From: Candidatus Binatia bacterium
GTDB lineage: Bacteria; Desulfobacterota; Binatia; HRBIN30
DNA length: 64,000 bases
NCBI GenBank assembly: GCA_044450645.1
Contig: JBIOJG010000022.1
Coordinates: forward strand, 15,205-79,204
Direction: 5' to 3'
In this document: in pieces, positions 20,602 to 30,492 of the stretch
Position numbering within the stretch: position 1 is the stretch's first letter
Layout of the letters: each line of letters opens with the position of its first letter
Notes under the pieces: model-generated
What the model was told of the DNA's origin: nothing
Seen by the model: only the letters and a program-made list of their open reading frames with translations
The model's database searches: none
Program-made: the position numbers and the translations under genes

Positions 20602-21753
20602 TCAGTACGGCTTGAACTCGCGGCCGAAGACTGCGCGGCCGATCACGATCTTCGACACCTGCGCGGTGCCGTCGCCGATCTCCAAGCCGATGACGTCCCG
20701 GAGCTGCTGCTCGATGGGGTATTCATCCGTGTACCCGTAGTGGCCATGCAGCAGTAGGCAATCGTGCAATGCGTCCACCGCCACCTTGGGCGCCCACCAT
20801 TTCGCCATGGCCGCTTCCGTCGTGTGGGGCAGATTCTGGTCTCGCAGCCAGAGCGTCTTGTAGCACAGCAGACGCGCGGCTTCGACATAGGTGAGATGCT
20901 CGGCGAGCGGAAACGAAACGCCCTCGAAGGTGGCCAGCGGCCTGCCGAACGCCCGGCGCTGCTTCACATGCTCGCACGTACGCTCAAGCGCGGCAGCGGC
21001 GGCGCCCAGGCACATCAGGCCGATCACCGCTCGGCTGTAGTCGAAGGTTGCCATCACCATGCGGAAGCCCGCATCCTCCTCGCCAACCCGCTGCTCCACC
21101 GGCACGCGGACGCCGTCGAGAAACAGCGACCCGCGCCCGAGACACTTCGACCCCATACTGTTGTATGCTGCGCGGGACACACCCGGGGCATCCGTCGGCA
21201 CACAGAACACCGAAAGACCTTTGGCCCCCGCACCAGGTCGGGTCCGGGCGAAGACCACGATCATGTCCGCACGGCTGCAAAAGCTGATCGAGGACTTCTC
21301 TCCATTCAGGACGTAGTGGTCGCCATCGCGTTCGGCCTTGCACGACAGTCCGGCGGCGTCGGAGCCGGCACTCGGCTCGGTGAGCGCCAGACCCGCGACG
21401 ATCTCCCCCGCTACCATCTTGGGCAGCCATGCGCGCTGAATTCCAGGGCTGGCATACCGCGCGAGCAACTCGCCGATGAGGCCGAACATCAGCGGGAAGT
21501 AGGCGACGTTGAAATCGGCCCGGCCGCATTCTTCGGCTGCGATACCGCTGATCAGATACGGGTGCGGGCTGCCTCCCAGCGCTTCCGGAATGCGCGAGCC
21601 CAGCAACCCCAGCTCAGCGCAGGCCTTGAGCTGCCGCTCCGGAAAGGTCTTGTCCCGGTCGTGCCGCTGATAGTGCGGCGCGAGCTCGCGCTCAGCGAAC
21701 TTGCGCACGCTGCTGCGAAACAGTTCGTGCTCTTCGGAAAACGCGAAATCCAT
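20602..21753 (-). CDS. Acyl-CoA dehydrogenase
   Basis: MDFAFSEEHELFRSSVRKFAERELAP and the ACAD middle and C-terminal domains. Start at the internal Met; the ORF from 21924 is over-extended. Confidence 0.8.
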   Translation of the reverse strand: MDFAFSEEHELFRSSVRKFAERELAPHYQRHDRDKTFPERQLKACAELGLLGSRIPEALGGSPHPYLISGIAAEECGRADFNVAYFPLMFGLIGELLARYASPGIQRAWLPKMVAGEIVAGLALTEPSAGSDAAGLSCKAERDGDHYVLNGEKSSISFCSRADMIVVFARTRPGAGAKGLSVFCVPTDAPGVSRAAYNSMGSKCLGRGSLFLDGVRVPVEQRVGEEDAGFRMVMATFDYSRAVIGLMCLGAAAAALERTCEHVKQRRAFGRPLATFEGVSFPLAEHLTYVEAARLLCYKTLWLRDQNLPHTTEAAMAKWWAPKVAVDALHDCLLLHGHYGYTDEYPIEQQLRDVIGLEIGDGTAQVSKIVIGRAVFGREFKPY

Positions 21754-21963
21754 CTGCGGTATTAGTCCCGAGTCCCGAGTGCTGAGTCCTGGGGCGGCAT
21801 CAGGTTGACCAATCGCATGCTCCGCACCCCGAGTCCAGAGGCAGCGGAGCGTCGTGGGTCGGTTCACCGCTGAGCCGGTCTGCCAGTACTGCCGACTTAT
21901 CCTCCGACCGGCGCGCTTGCGCACCGGCTCACCGGCTGACCCTCTTTATGCTATACGGCGGCG

Positions 21964-23334
21964 GTGCCTAAACCTCGGACGGTGTTTGCGTGTCAAACGT
22001 GCGGATTTCAGTCGCCGCGTTGGTTGGGGCGCTGCCCCGATTGTCAGGGCTGGAACACGCTGGTCGAAGAGCCCGTCGCAACCGTGTCGGAGACGGGACG
22101 CTACTCGCCCACTGAGACCCCTTCCGAGGTGCGGCCGATTACGGCCGTGGCGGGAACGACAAACGACCGGCGTCTATCCAACATCGGGGAACTCGATCGC
22201 GTGCTGGGCGGAGGCGTCGTACCTGGCTCGGTCGTTCTCATCGGCGGCGATCCCGTAATCGGCAAATCGACGCTGGTTTTGCAAGCGCTCGCGGCGCTAG
22301 CATGTGGGGGCACCACCCTATACGTTTCGGGAGAAGAGTCTCCGCAGCAGATTCGCATGCGCGCCGACCGGCTGGGAATCGGCGGCGGGGAGGCCGGCAA
22401 CCGGCTACTCGTGCTGGCGGAGACATCCCTCGAGCGCATCATTACCCACGTTAAGAAAATCGCGCCCTCGGTGCTTGCTATCGACTCCATCCAGACGGTC
22501 TTCACCGAGCGCCTGGGTTCGGCGCCCGGCAGCATTGGCCAAGTCCGAGAAAGCGCTGGCCAGCTCGTCTTGCTTTCGAAAGCGGGCAACCTTGCCACTT
22601 TTCTGGTTGGCCACGTGACCAAAGAAGGATCCTTCGCCGGACCGCGCGTCCTCGAACATATGGTCGACACAGTACTGTACTTCGAAGGCGACCGCGGGCA
22701 TGCGTTCCGAATCCTGCGCGCGGTGAAGAACCGCTTTGGCTCGACCAACGAGATTGGCGTCTTCGCCATGCGCGAAGATGGTTTGCAGCCCGTTGCCAAC
22801 CCGTCCGAGCTGTTTCTTGCCGAACGGCCAGTGGAGGTGCCGGGATCGGTGGTGATCGCCACCCTTGAAGGCACGCGCCCGATTCTGGTCGAAGTGCAGG
22901 CGCTGGTCTCGCCCACATCGCTGGGAACGCCCCGGCGGACAACGCTCGGCATCGACTCCAACCGCGTGGCCCTGTTGATCGCCGTGCTCGAGAAGAAGAT
23001 GGGCTTGCATCTGCTCGGCCACGACGTGTTCGTCAACGTTGCGGGGGGAATCCGCGTGGCCGAACCGGCGGCGGATCTCGGAGTGGTAGCCGCGGTGGCC
23101 TCCAGCTTTCTGGACAAGCCGATTGACTCCCGGTCCATGCTGATCGGCGAGGTCGGGCTGGCTGGTGAGGTACGTGCAGTGAACCAAGCGGACGTCCGGG
23201 TACGCGAGGCAATTAAACTAGGTTTCGCGCGTTGCGTCCTGCCGGAGTCTTCACGCCGGCAACTGCCGACATTGGACGGCGTTGAGCTGTGCGGTGTCAG
23301 TTCTCTAAGCGAGGCGTGGGATCTGCTCTTCTGA
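21964..23334 (+). CDS. radA: DNA repair protein RadA (Sms)
   Basis: Zn ribbon CQTCGFQSPRWLGRCPDC, RecA-like Walker A GGDPVIGKSTL, KNRFG motif and Lon-like C-terminus. Confidence 0.9.
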   Translation: MPKPRTVFACQTCGFQSPRWLGRCPDCQGWNTLVEEPVATVSETGRYSPTETPSEVRPITAVAGTTNDRRLSNIGELDRVLGGGVVPGSVVLIGGDPVIGKSTLVLQALAALACGGTTLYVSGEESPQQIRMRADRLGIGGGEAGNRLLVLAETSLERIITHVKKIAPSVLAIDSIQTVFTERLGSAPGSIGQVRESAGQLVLLSKAGNLATFLVGHVTKEGSFAGPRVLEHMVDTVLYFEGDRGHAFRILRAVKNRFGSTNEIGVFAMREDGLQPVANPSELFLAERPVEVPGSVVIATLEGTRPILVEVQALVSPTSLGTPRRTTLGIDSNRVALLIAVLEKKMGLHLLGHDVFVNVAGGIRVAEPAADLGVVAAVASSFLDKPIDSRSMLIGEVGLAGEVRAVNQADVRVREAIKLGFARCVLPESSRRQLPTLDGVELCGVSSLSEAWDLLF

Positions 23335-23741
23335 AAGATCTCACGCTCGAGAAGCTATCATATATCATGTGTGGGCGTCGCCGATACGGGGAATAATTTG
23401 GGGCTGAGGGGTTGCAATAAAACGCGCTTGTGTGCTACCTCCAGACCGCTTCGGTGCTGGGCCGTCAAATGAGGGGGGGCTCAGCGTAAGCCGCTGGTAA
23501 GGCCAGAGCTTCGGTCACTCGCCACTACGTTGCGGGCGGGGGGTTCGGGGGTGCAGGCCGTGATGCTGCAGCGTGGTTAAACCAAAGGGCGAACCGGAGT
23601 GAAACGTCCGAAAGATGCGTTGGTCCGTATGCAAGTGATACGACCGAGGAGAATGGGCGTGTAGATCAAATCCACGTTGCCCGAGGGCGCCTCAGGCTCT
23701 TCCCCACCTGGGCAACTAGACACGAAAGGAGGGAGGGACCT

Positions 23742-24971
23742 ATGCGATTCCCAACACGCGCAGTGATTGGGCTTGCATGTGTTCTTGCAATGGCCGGTTG
23801 TGCTGCTAGACAGCATACCGCGACCGATTTGGAACGGTGGTCGTTGGAGACACTCTCTCCGGCGGCCCTACAGCAAACGCCGTACGGACAATACGGCCTT
23901 TCGGTTAACCCTTATCAGGCCTCCGCAAAGACTGCGGGGAATCAATTCAATTTTTCCCACCCACGGGTCGACGATTTCGTAGCGCAGTTTCAGACGAACC
24001 TGCGCGGATTCTATAGCCGCGCCCTGTCGCGTAGCAGTCGCTACGTTCCTCAGATGTCCTCAATCCTTCAGAAGAAGGGCGTTCCGCAGGAGCTTGCTTA
24101 CCTTCCTTTGATTGAAAGCGGGTACAGTACCCGTGCGGTGTCGCCCGCGGGTGCGGTGGGCCCATGGCAGTTCATTCCGGGCACCGGTCGCCGGTATGGA
24201 TTGCGGATCGACCGCTACGTCGATGAGCGTCGCGATCCCGTGAAATCTACCCATGCAGCAGCCCAGTACCTCAAGGATCTGCACGACATGTTCGGCGACT
24301 GGCACCTGTCGATAGCGGCGTACAACACGGGCGAGCAGAACATCGTCCGCATCCTCGAACGTCGGCGGATCGAGAGTTTTTGGGAAATGAGCGAGCGCGG
24401 GTATCTGCACCAGGAGACCAGCGACTACGTGCCTGAATTTTTGGCCGCATTGCAGATCGCCGAGGCCCCCGAAGCGTATGGGTTCGACGCGCCTAGTGAC
24501 ACCCCGTTGCGGTACGATGTCATAAAAGTAGACCGCCCGCTCGCGTTGTCCACCGTCGCTCAGCTCAGCGGCACCTCCACCAGCGAAATCAAAGAACTGA
24601 ACCCGGCGCTACACCGTGGCATGATTCCACCCAACGGATACGCAATCCGGTTGCCAAAGGGAACCAAGGATGCCTTCGAAGTCGCTTTGGCGAACTTCAA
24701 GAGTGCCCCGGTGACACATGCGGCGATTCGGAAGGTGCACCGCTCCGGTGGAGTTCGCGGCAAACACCGGGTGCGGCGTGGAGAAACCATCGCCTCGATC
24801 GCCAAGCAGCATCGTGTATCGGTGCGCGGCTTGTTGAAGGCCAACGGCATGCGCAACCCGCGCAATCTGCAGGCGGGACGTACGCTGCGCATCCCGGGCA
24901 CGGTGCCACGTCAAGAGCAGGAGCCGGTGCTGGTGGCGAAGCACAAAGGGGGATCACGGGTCCTCGACTGA
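23742..24971 (+). CDS. mltD: Membrane-bound lytic murein transglycosylase D-like lipoprotein (SLT domain plus LysM repeats)
   Basis: Lipobox LAMAGC. SLT catalytic region ELAYLPLIESGYSTRAVSPAGAVGPWQF with AAYNTGEQN. C-terminal LysM-like segments. Confidence 0.75.
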   Translation: MRFPTRAVIGLACVLAMAGCAARQHTATDLERWSLETLSPAALQQTPYGQYGLSVNPYQASAKTAGNQFNFSHPRVDDFVAQFQTNLRGFYSRALSRSSRYVPQMSSILQKKGVPQELAYLPLIESGYSTRAVSPAGAVGPWQFIPGTGRRYGLRIDRYVDERRDPVKSTHAAAQYLKDLHDMFGDWHLSIAAYNTGEQNIVRILERRRIESFWEMSERGYLHQETSDYVPEFLAALQIAEAPEAYGFDAPSDTPLRYDVIKVDRPLALSTVAQLSGTSTSEIKELNPALHRGMIPPNGYAIRLPKGTKDAFEVALANFKSAPVTHAAIRKVHRSGGVRGKHRVRRGETIASIAKQHRVSVRGLLKANGMRNPRNLQAGRTLRIPGTVPRQEQEPVLVAKHKGGSRVLD

Positions 24972-24996
24972 CGGTCCGCACGAACCTGGGCACCTT

Positions 24997-26412
24997 TTGG
25001 ACCTGACAGCGATCCGCAGTTTCATCGAGCAGACTTGGGCAGAGAGCATCGTCCCTGCCCTGCAGCAGTACATCACCATCCCGAATCAGTCGCCAGCATA
25101 CGATCCAGAGTGGCGGCAAAATGGCCACATGGACGCGGCGGTCGACCTCGTCACCAGATGGATTCGGGCGCAGGCAGTTCCACACCTCAAGCTGGAGGTG
25201 TTGCGACTCGCCGGGCGCACCCCGCTCATTTGTGTTGACGTACCGAGCTATTCCTCCGAAACCGTGCTGCTCTACGGTCACCTCGACAAGCAGCCGCCGA
25301 TGGAAGGCTGGACCGAGGGGCTCGGTCCGTGGACCCCCGTGATCAAGGATGGCCGGCTCTACGGCCGCGGCGCGGCGGATGACGGTTATGCCGCGTTTAC
25401 CGCCATCACCGCGCTCAACGCGTTGGCGCACCAACGCCTTCCGCACGCGCGTTGTATCGTCCTCATCGAAGCATGCGAGGAAAGCGGGAGTGGCGATCTG
25501 CCGCACTATATCGATCTCCTGAAGGATCGGCTCGGACAGCTGGGCCTTGTCATCTGCTTGGACTCCGGCTGCGGCGACTACGAACGTCTGTGGATCACCT
25601 CGTCGTTGCGCGGGCTCGTCAATGCTACGCTCACTGTCCGGACACTCACCGAAGGCGTGCACTCGGGTGGAGCCAGCGGCATTGTGCCGTCAACGTTTCG
25701 CGTCCTACGCCAGTTACTCGCCCGATTGGAGGATGCGCAAACCGGTGCGGTCCTGCCGCGGGAGCTGTACGTCGAGATTCCCACCGAGCGCGTCCGCCAA
25801 GCGGCTGAGACCGCCGACGTTCTCGGCGCCAGCCCAATTGAGGCATTGCCGTTTCATGGCGGCACGCAACCGGTGTCACACGAGATCGAAGAGCTGCTCC
25901 TCAACCGCACGTGGCGGCCCCAGCTCGAAATCACCGGGGCGGCGGGGTTGCCGCCGCTCGAAAAGGCAGGCAACGTGTTGCGCCCCGTTACCGCACTCAA
26001 GCTCTCCGTACGCCTTCCACCTACACTGGATGCCAACACGGCGACGCGCTGCCTGCAACAACTGCTGGAACGCGATCCGCCGTACGACGCCACGGTACAG
26101 TTCGTCGGCGAAGAGCGTGCTCCGGGCTGGAATGCACCGAGCTTCGAAGCGTGGTTGGCGCACGCCGCCCAGCAGGCTTCGGCGGAGTTTTTCGGCAGGC
26201 CACCATGCTACATCGGCGAAGGCGGAACGATTCCCTTTATGGCGATGCTCGGCGAGAAGTTTCCGCGGGCACAGTTTCTCATCACCGGTGTACTGGGTCC
26301 GCACTCCAATGCCCACGGCCCGAACGAATTTCTCGACCTCGCCACGGCTCAGCGGGTCACCGGCTGCGTCGCCCGCGTCCTCCACGAGCACTATCAAGCC
26401 ACGCGCCAGTAG
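24997..26412 (+). CDS. M20 family metallopeptidase (dipeptidase / ArgE-DapE-like)
   Basis: M20 metal-ligand motifs (YGHLDKQP, GRGAADDGY, EACEESGS). Apparent TTG start at 24997. Confidence 0.7.
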   Translation: MDLTAIRSFIEQTWAESIVPALQQYITIPNQSPAYDPEWRQNGHMDAAVDLVTRWIRAQAVPHLKLEVLRLAGRTPLICVDVPSYSSETVLLYGHLDKQPPMEGWTEGLGPWTPVIKDGRLYGRGAADDGYAAFTAITALNALAHQRLPHARCIVLIEACEESGSGDLPHYIDLLKDRLGQLGLVICLDSGCGDYERLWITSSLRGLVNATLTVRTLTEGVHSGGASGIVPSTFRVLRQLLARLEDAQTGAVLPRELYVEIPTERVRQAAETADVLGASPIEALPFHGGTQPVSHEIEELLLNRTWRPQLEITGAAGLPPLEKAGNVLRPVTALKLSVRLPPTLDANTATRCLQQLLERDPPYDATVQFVGEERAPGWNAPSFEAWLAHAAQQASAEFFGRPPCYIGEGGTIPFMAMLGEKFPRAQFLITGVLGPHSNAHGPNEFLDLATAQRVTGCVARVLHEHYQATRQ

Positions 26413-26482
26413 GACCGTCGGGGACTGGGGACGCAACTTTCAACAAACTAAACCGCCAACTGCTTCGAGCTCGGAGCGGCAC

Positions 26483-27307
26483 TCAGCTGTAGTAGGCCAT
26501 CATCAATCGCTCGAAAAACCACGCCGGTCCGAAGCGCTTTATGGACACGGCGACGCATGGCAAGAACGGACCGACCGCATTGCGCAACTTCGGGCGATCC
26601 TGCTCGATGACCCGCAGGAAGGTGCGGGCAACCATGTCCACGCGTGTGTTGCTGGCCGTATCTCGATCGGACTTCTCGATCGCCGCCTTGAAGCGGGCAA
26701 CATACGCAGAACTCGCGTCGGCAGCGGCGACAATGGTTCGGTTCTTGACCAAAGCCGTATTGAAATCCGCGGGCTCGATCATGGCAATTCGAATGCCGAA
26801 CGGCTTCACTTCGATACGCAAGGCTTCCGAGTAGCCTTCGATCGCAAACTTGGCGGCGCTGTATAACCCCTGGAAAGGCAACCCCACCTCACCGCCGAGG
26901 GAACTCATGTTGACGATGTAGCCGTACCGTTGCGCGCGCATGTGCGGGAGGACGGCACGACAGACGCGATGCACGCCGAAGAAGTTCGTTTCCAATTGCG
27001 CATGGGCCTCGGCGGAACTGGTGTCCTCGATCGCCCCCACCACCGCGAAACCGGCGTTGTTGAGTACGATGTCGATTCTGTCTGCGCGCCCAATGACAGC
27101 CATCACCCCCGCATGCACCAACTCGTCGTCATGGACGTTCATGTGGATGAGCTGGAACTCGCCGTATGGGTTCCTACCCGTCGCCTCCGCCGGATCGATC
27201 GTCGTACCGTACACGCGATACCCCTCTTGGTGTAGCAGCCGCGCGCATTCCAAACCGAAGCCTGACGTGGCGCCGGTAATCAGGACAACACGACTTTTAC
27301 CGTTCAT
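26483..27307 (-). CDS. SDR family NAD(P)-dependent oxidoreductase
   Basis: TGATSGFG Rossmann motif, NNAG, and the catalytic YSAAK. Confidence 0.8.
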   Translation of the reverse strand: MNGKSRVVLITGATSGFGLECARLLHQEGYRVYGTTIDPAEATGRNPYGEFQLIHMNVHDDELVHAGVMAVIGRADRIDIVLNNAGFAVVGAIEDTSSAEAHAQLETNFFGVHRVCRAVLPHMRAQRYGYIVNMSSLGGEVGLPFQGLYSAAKFAIEGYSEALRIEVKPFGIRIAMIEPADFNTALVKNRTIVAAADASSAYVARFKAAIEKSDRDTASNTRVDMVARTFLRVIEQDRPKLRNAVGPFLPCVAVSIKRFGPAWFFERLMMAYYS

Positions 27308-27554
27308 CTGGTCACCCCCTTGTCGCTTGAGGCTAGGCTTTCCACCGCTTCGTACGTTCGACCCACAGGCGCGTTATCACGATCCGCACCCTCATGGCCA
27401 AGGTCGGACGCGGGACTCCTCCTCTTGCGGGCGCCAGCCCCACTCACGAGAAGCAGGCGCACCCCTGTCGCAATCCTGAGAATGGCACGCGGCTGGCCGC
27501 CGTCAATGCACGGCCAGGCGGCTGGCCGGAAAGTTGCGTCAATGAGAGCAACGG

Positions 27555-28487
27555 ATGGCGCGCGTCATGAAAGGTCGGACCTGTCTCTTCTACCGCGACG
27601 AGTATGTTTACGACGTAGTCGAAGCCGGCATCCGGCACGCATTCGACACGCAAAAGCCTCGGCGCATCCGTGACGCGTTGATCGCCGGCAAGCTCGCAAC
27701 GGCGGCTGACTTCGTCGCTCCACCAGCGGTCTCCGATGAGGAACTCTCGCTGGTGCACACGCCCGAGTACCTGGAACAGATCAAACGGCCGGAGGTGCTG
27801 GCGCGGCTACTGTTGCTCGATCCGTCCCATCCGTGGGACGACCGGCTCGTTGAGCCTTTCCTGTTCGCCACGGGGGGCACCATCACTGCGGCCTGCAGGG
27901 CGGTCGGCGGACGGGGGATTGCCGTCAATCTCGGGGGAGGGTTTCACCACGCCCAAGCGGACAGGGCCGACGGGTTCTGCGCCATTGCCGACGTCGCCAT
28001 CGCCATTCGCCTGCTGCAACGGAATCGTCAGGTTGAACGCGTCCTGATCGTAGACCTCGACTATCACCACGGCAACGGCAACGCGGAGATCTTCGCGGAA
28101 GACGAGTCGGTCTTCACGTTCTCGATCCATGCCGGCAACTGGTGCTGGATCACCAAACGTAACAACCTCGACATCGAGCTGCCGGCGCACACGACGGATG
28201 CGACCTATCTGCGGTCGGTACGCCAGCACCTCCCAGGCATCGTACGCGAGTTCGTCCCGGATCTCGTGATTTACGTTGCCGGCAGCGATCCGTTCATCGG
28301 GGATACGCTCGGAGACTTCGATATCAGCGAAGACGGCATGCTCGAACGCGACCGCATCGTCACCAACGAAGTACGGGGGCGTGATCTTCCGCTGGTGGTG
28401 GTGACGGCAGGAGGCTACGGCGAATCGAGCTGGCGCATCCACTTCAACTACTTCCGGTGGCTGCTCACCGAAGGTCGGGCGAGCTGA
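27555..28487 (+). CDS. Histone deacetylase superfamily protein (AcuC/acetylpolyamine amidohydrolase-like)
   Basis: HDAC signatures GGGFHHA, DLDYHHGNG and the class motif around GYG(E). Confidence 0.75.
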   Translation: MARVMKGRTCLFYRDEYVYDVVEAGIRHAFDTQKPRRIRDALIAGKLATAADFVAPPAVSDEELSLVHTPEYLEQIKRPEVLARLLLLDPSHPWDDRLVEPFLFATGGTITAACRAVGGRGIAVNLGGGFHHAQADRADGFCAIADVAIAIRLLQRNRQVERVLIVDLDYHHGNGNAEIFAEDESVFTFSIHAGNWCWITKRNNLDIELPAHTTDATYLRSVRQHLPGIVREFVPDLVIYVAGSDPFIGDTLGDFDISEDGMLERDRIVTNEVRGRDLPLVVVTAGGYGESSWRIHFNYFRWLLTEGRAS

Positions 28488-28489
28488 TC

Positions 28490-29272
28490 ATGGGCATGGT
28501 TCTCGGGCGCTACGACGCCGCTGCAATTCAGCGCCTCTTTGAAGAGGAAGGCATCTTCCAAGCGTTGGCGCAAAAGGGATTCGCCCACCTCGAGGTGAAG
28601 GTCGATAGCGAGGGCCGCGCGCTGCCTCATGCGCTACTTTTCGGTCGGAAAGGCGGGCAGGACTACCTGCTACTCGACGCCTGTATCGGCGACGCCGTCG
28701 TGCGGCGCGATTTCTTACGCCGCCGCGGCTATCCGACAGACCGATCGATAGACCTGGCCGTAGTCCACTGGATCCGCGAAGAAGATCCCACCACCACCTT
28801 CGCCCCCGGCCGCCCACCGCTCCCGCTGCAACAGCACCCCGGTCTGGGTGTGCTGCGGCACGCGTTCCGCGTACTCGTACGGATGGCGTCCGAGCTGAAC
28901 AAAGACGGCGTCGTCAGCACACCCAAGTTCTTTCATGATGCCGTGATCTTTTTTCACTCGCGGCTATTTCTATTTCTCGACGGCGAGGAGCAGGGCCGTT
29001 TTGAAGCGCTGGTCCGTGATCTGCGCCGGCTTTCGCTGCGCATCGCGTCATTGGCTATGACGAGCGGGGGTATCCGTGACCAGCGGGGCGCCGTCGTGCA
29101 ATGGGCGCCCGGCTATCAGGTGTTTCCTCTCTCTGCGACCCTGACCGCGTACTTTCACTCGTCTCAGTACGCGGCACAGGTCGCTGCCGGGCTCAGTGGA
29201 TCACGCTACTACGTCGACCCAGAAGTGCTCTCGTATCTCGACGTCAGTCTGTCCCAGTTCTGCCCACCGTGA
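28490..29272 (+). CDS. Hypothetical protein, translationally coupled to the HDAC-like gene
   Basis: ATG at 28490 lies 2 nt after the HDAC stop (TGATCATGG). 260 aa with no recognised motif. Confidence 0.4.
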   Translation: MGMVLGRYDAAAIQRLFEEEGIFQALAQKGFAHLEVKVDSEGRALPHALLFGRKGGQDYLLLDACIGDAVVRRDFLRRRGYPTDRSIDLAVVHWIREEDPTTTFAPGRPPLPLQQHPGLGVLRHAFRVLVRMASELNKDGVVSTPKFFHDAVIFFHSRLFLFLDGEEQGRFEALVRDLRRLSLRIASLAMTSGGIRDQRGAVVQWAPGYQVFPLSATLTAYFHSSQYAAQVAAGLSGSRYYVDPEVLSYLDVSLSQFCPP

Positions 29273-29693
29273 GCGTAGCCGTCGGCAGCTCGAAACAGCC
29301 AGGATGGACCCCACTCGAGACCGCAGGGCCAGGGTGAGAGAGGACTTGTGCCAGAGCTTTGGCAAGTTGTTCCTCGCGCCAACGCTCCAGGCCCCGCCGC
29401 AGGTAGTCGGGGTCGAGTCCGATCACCTCGCAAATGTACTCAAAGGAGAAGCCCGGGGCGTCCTCGTCGCCGGGAGCGCCACGAGGCTGCGGGGACATCA
29501 TCCATTCGCGTGCCTCGCGGAAAAGGCGCTGGCCGTAATTGTCCCTGGCCAGAAAGTATTTTTGGAAGCAATAGACAGCGTCTTCAAGCACCGCCACGAC
29601 AAGCTGCCACTCACCTTTCTTGCTCGGGGCCTGCCGGCGAAGCGTAGCAAAAAATTGCGGTGCCAGAATGGTATCGGGTTGGAAGAGATCCAT
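29244..29693 (-). CDS. Hypothetical protein
   Basis: 149-aa ORF with high GC3. Its 3' end overlaps the convergent gene by 29 nt. No recognised family. Confidence 0.35.
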   Translation of the reverse strand: MDLFQPDTILAPQFFATLRRQAPSKKGEWQLVVAVLEDAVYCFQKYFLARDNYGQRLFREAREWMMSPQPRGAPGDEDAPGFSFEYICEVIGLDPDYLRRGLERWREEQLAKALAQVLSHPGPAVSSGVHPGCFELPTATLTVGRTGTD

Positions 29694-30140
29694 AGCTGCA
29701 GCTCACACTATCGGCGCCGCGCAGTCGGGAAGCACTCGCCGAAAACCATGCTTTCCGTCAGGCAGAAAACGCCGCCTTTCCACAATGAGTTTTCTTCCAA
29801 TGCGATGATTGTCAAAGGTCCCGTCACTTTGCGTTTGAGAACACACGCAATCAGCGAGCCACGGAGCACTCTATACAGGGATACACTGATTTCCATCTCA
29901 TTTGGTCAATTATGAAGCTCAGCGCTTGTCTGGTGTTCCCAACTACGCAATCGTTCCATCGAGCGCTTGGTGACACCCAACAAGGAACTGGAATTCTTAC
30001 ACAGAAGTACGCGCCAGCCATCTTCCGGGTAGGAAAATCTTACAAGCGACAGTCGACGGCATCGTTCCCAAAGAATGGCGCAGCCACCGCGTAGGTATAT
30101 AAATTGCCCGGGTGCCGTGGGGAAAGGGAGGGGCACACGC

Positions 30141-30383
30141 ATGTACTTCTCCAGATCGGATGGTCAGCCTCCGACACCTGCACCCGAAGCCAAGTCCGGG
30201 GTAGTCGAGCTGCGCATGGCAACGGGGCTTTACACGTACTTTGGATGGTTCCCATGGTCGGATTTCGAGGGGGAAGCGCTGTCCGAATGGGCGCTATCCG
30301 AGCTGACCGGCGGGCAACATGACCGAGTGGCGGCAGGGCGTCAGCTTCTCTCCATCTTGAATCACGACCTCAGTTCCAACTAG
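30141..30383 (+). CDS. Small hypothetical protein (81 aa) inside a low-GC intergenic island
   Basis: ATG preceded by a gggaaagggagggg RBS. Trp/Phe-rich middle (LYTYFGWFPWSDFEGE). Weak evidence. Confidence 0.25.
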   Translation: MYFSRSDGQPPTPAPEAKSGVVELRMATGLYTYFGWFPWSDFEGEALSEWALSELTGGQHDRVAAGRQLLSILNHDLSSN

Positions 30384-30492
30384 TCAGCACTGTTTCACGG
30401 ACAAATGGGCCGCACCCTGGTGACGGTTTGCAGACCGCCTTGCCGCTTACCCTGCCGTCGGCATAACATGCCGCAGCGGAGGGAAAACCATT

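Noticed and set aside
23335-23741. tmRNA or RNase P RNA in the radA-mltD gap
   Set aside because: There is no GGGG...CCACCA acceptor pairing with T-arm or tag-reading frame, and no RNase P P4 or GAAAGUCCGG signatures. Only an unclassified structured-RNA candidate remains.
27470-27500. Sigma54-type promoter TGGCACGcggcTGGCc upstream of the HDAC-like gene
   Set aside because: The -12 element is TGGC rather than TTGC, and no enhancer-binding protein is nearby. Too weak to call.
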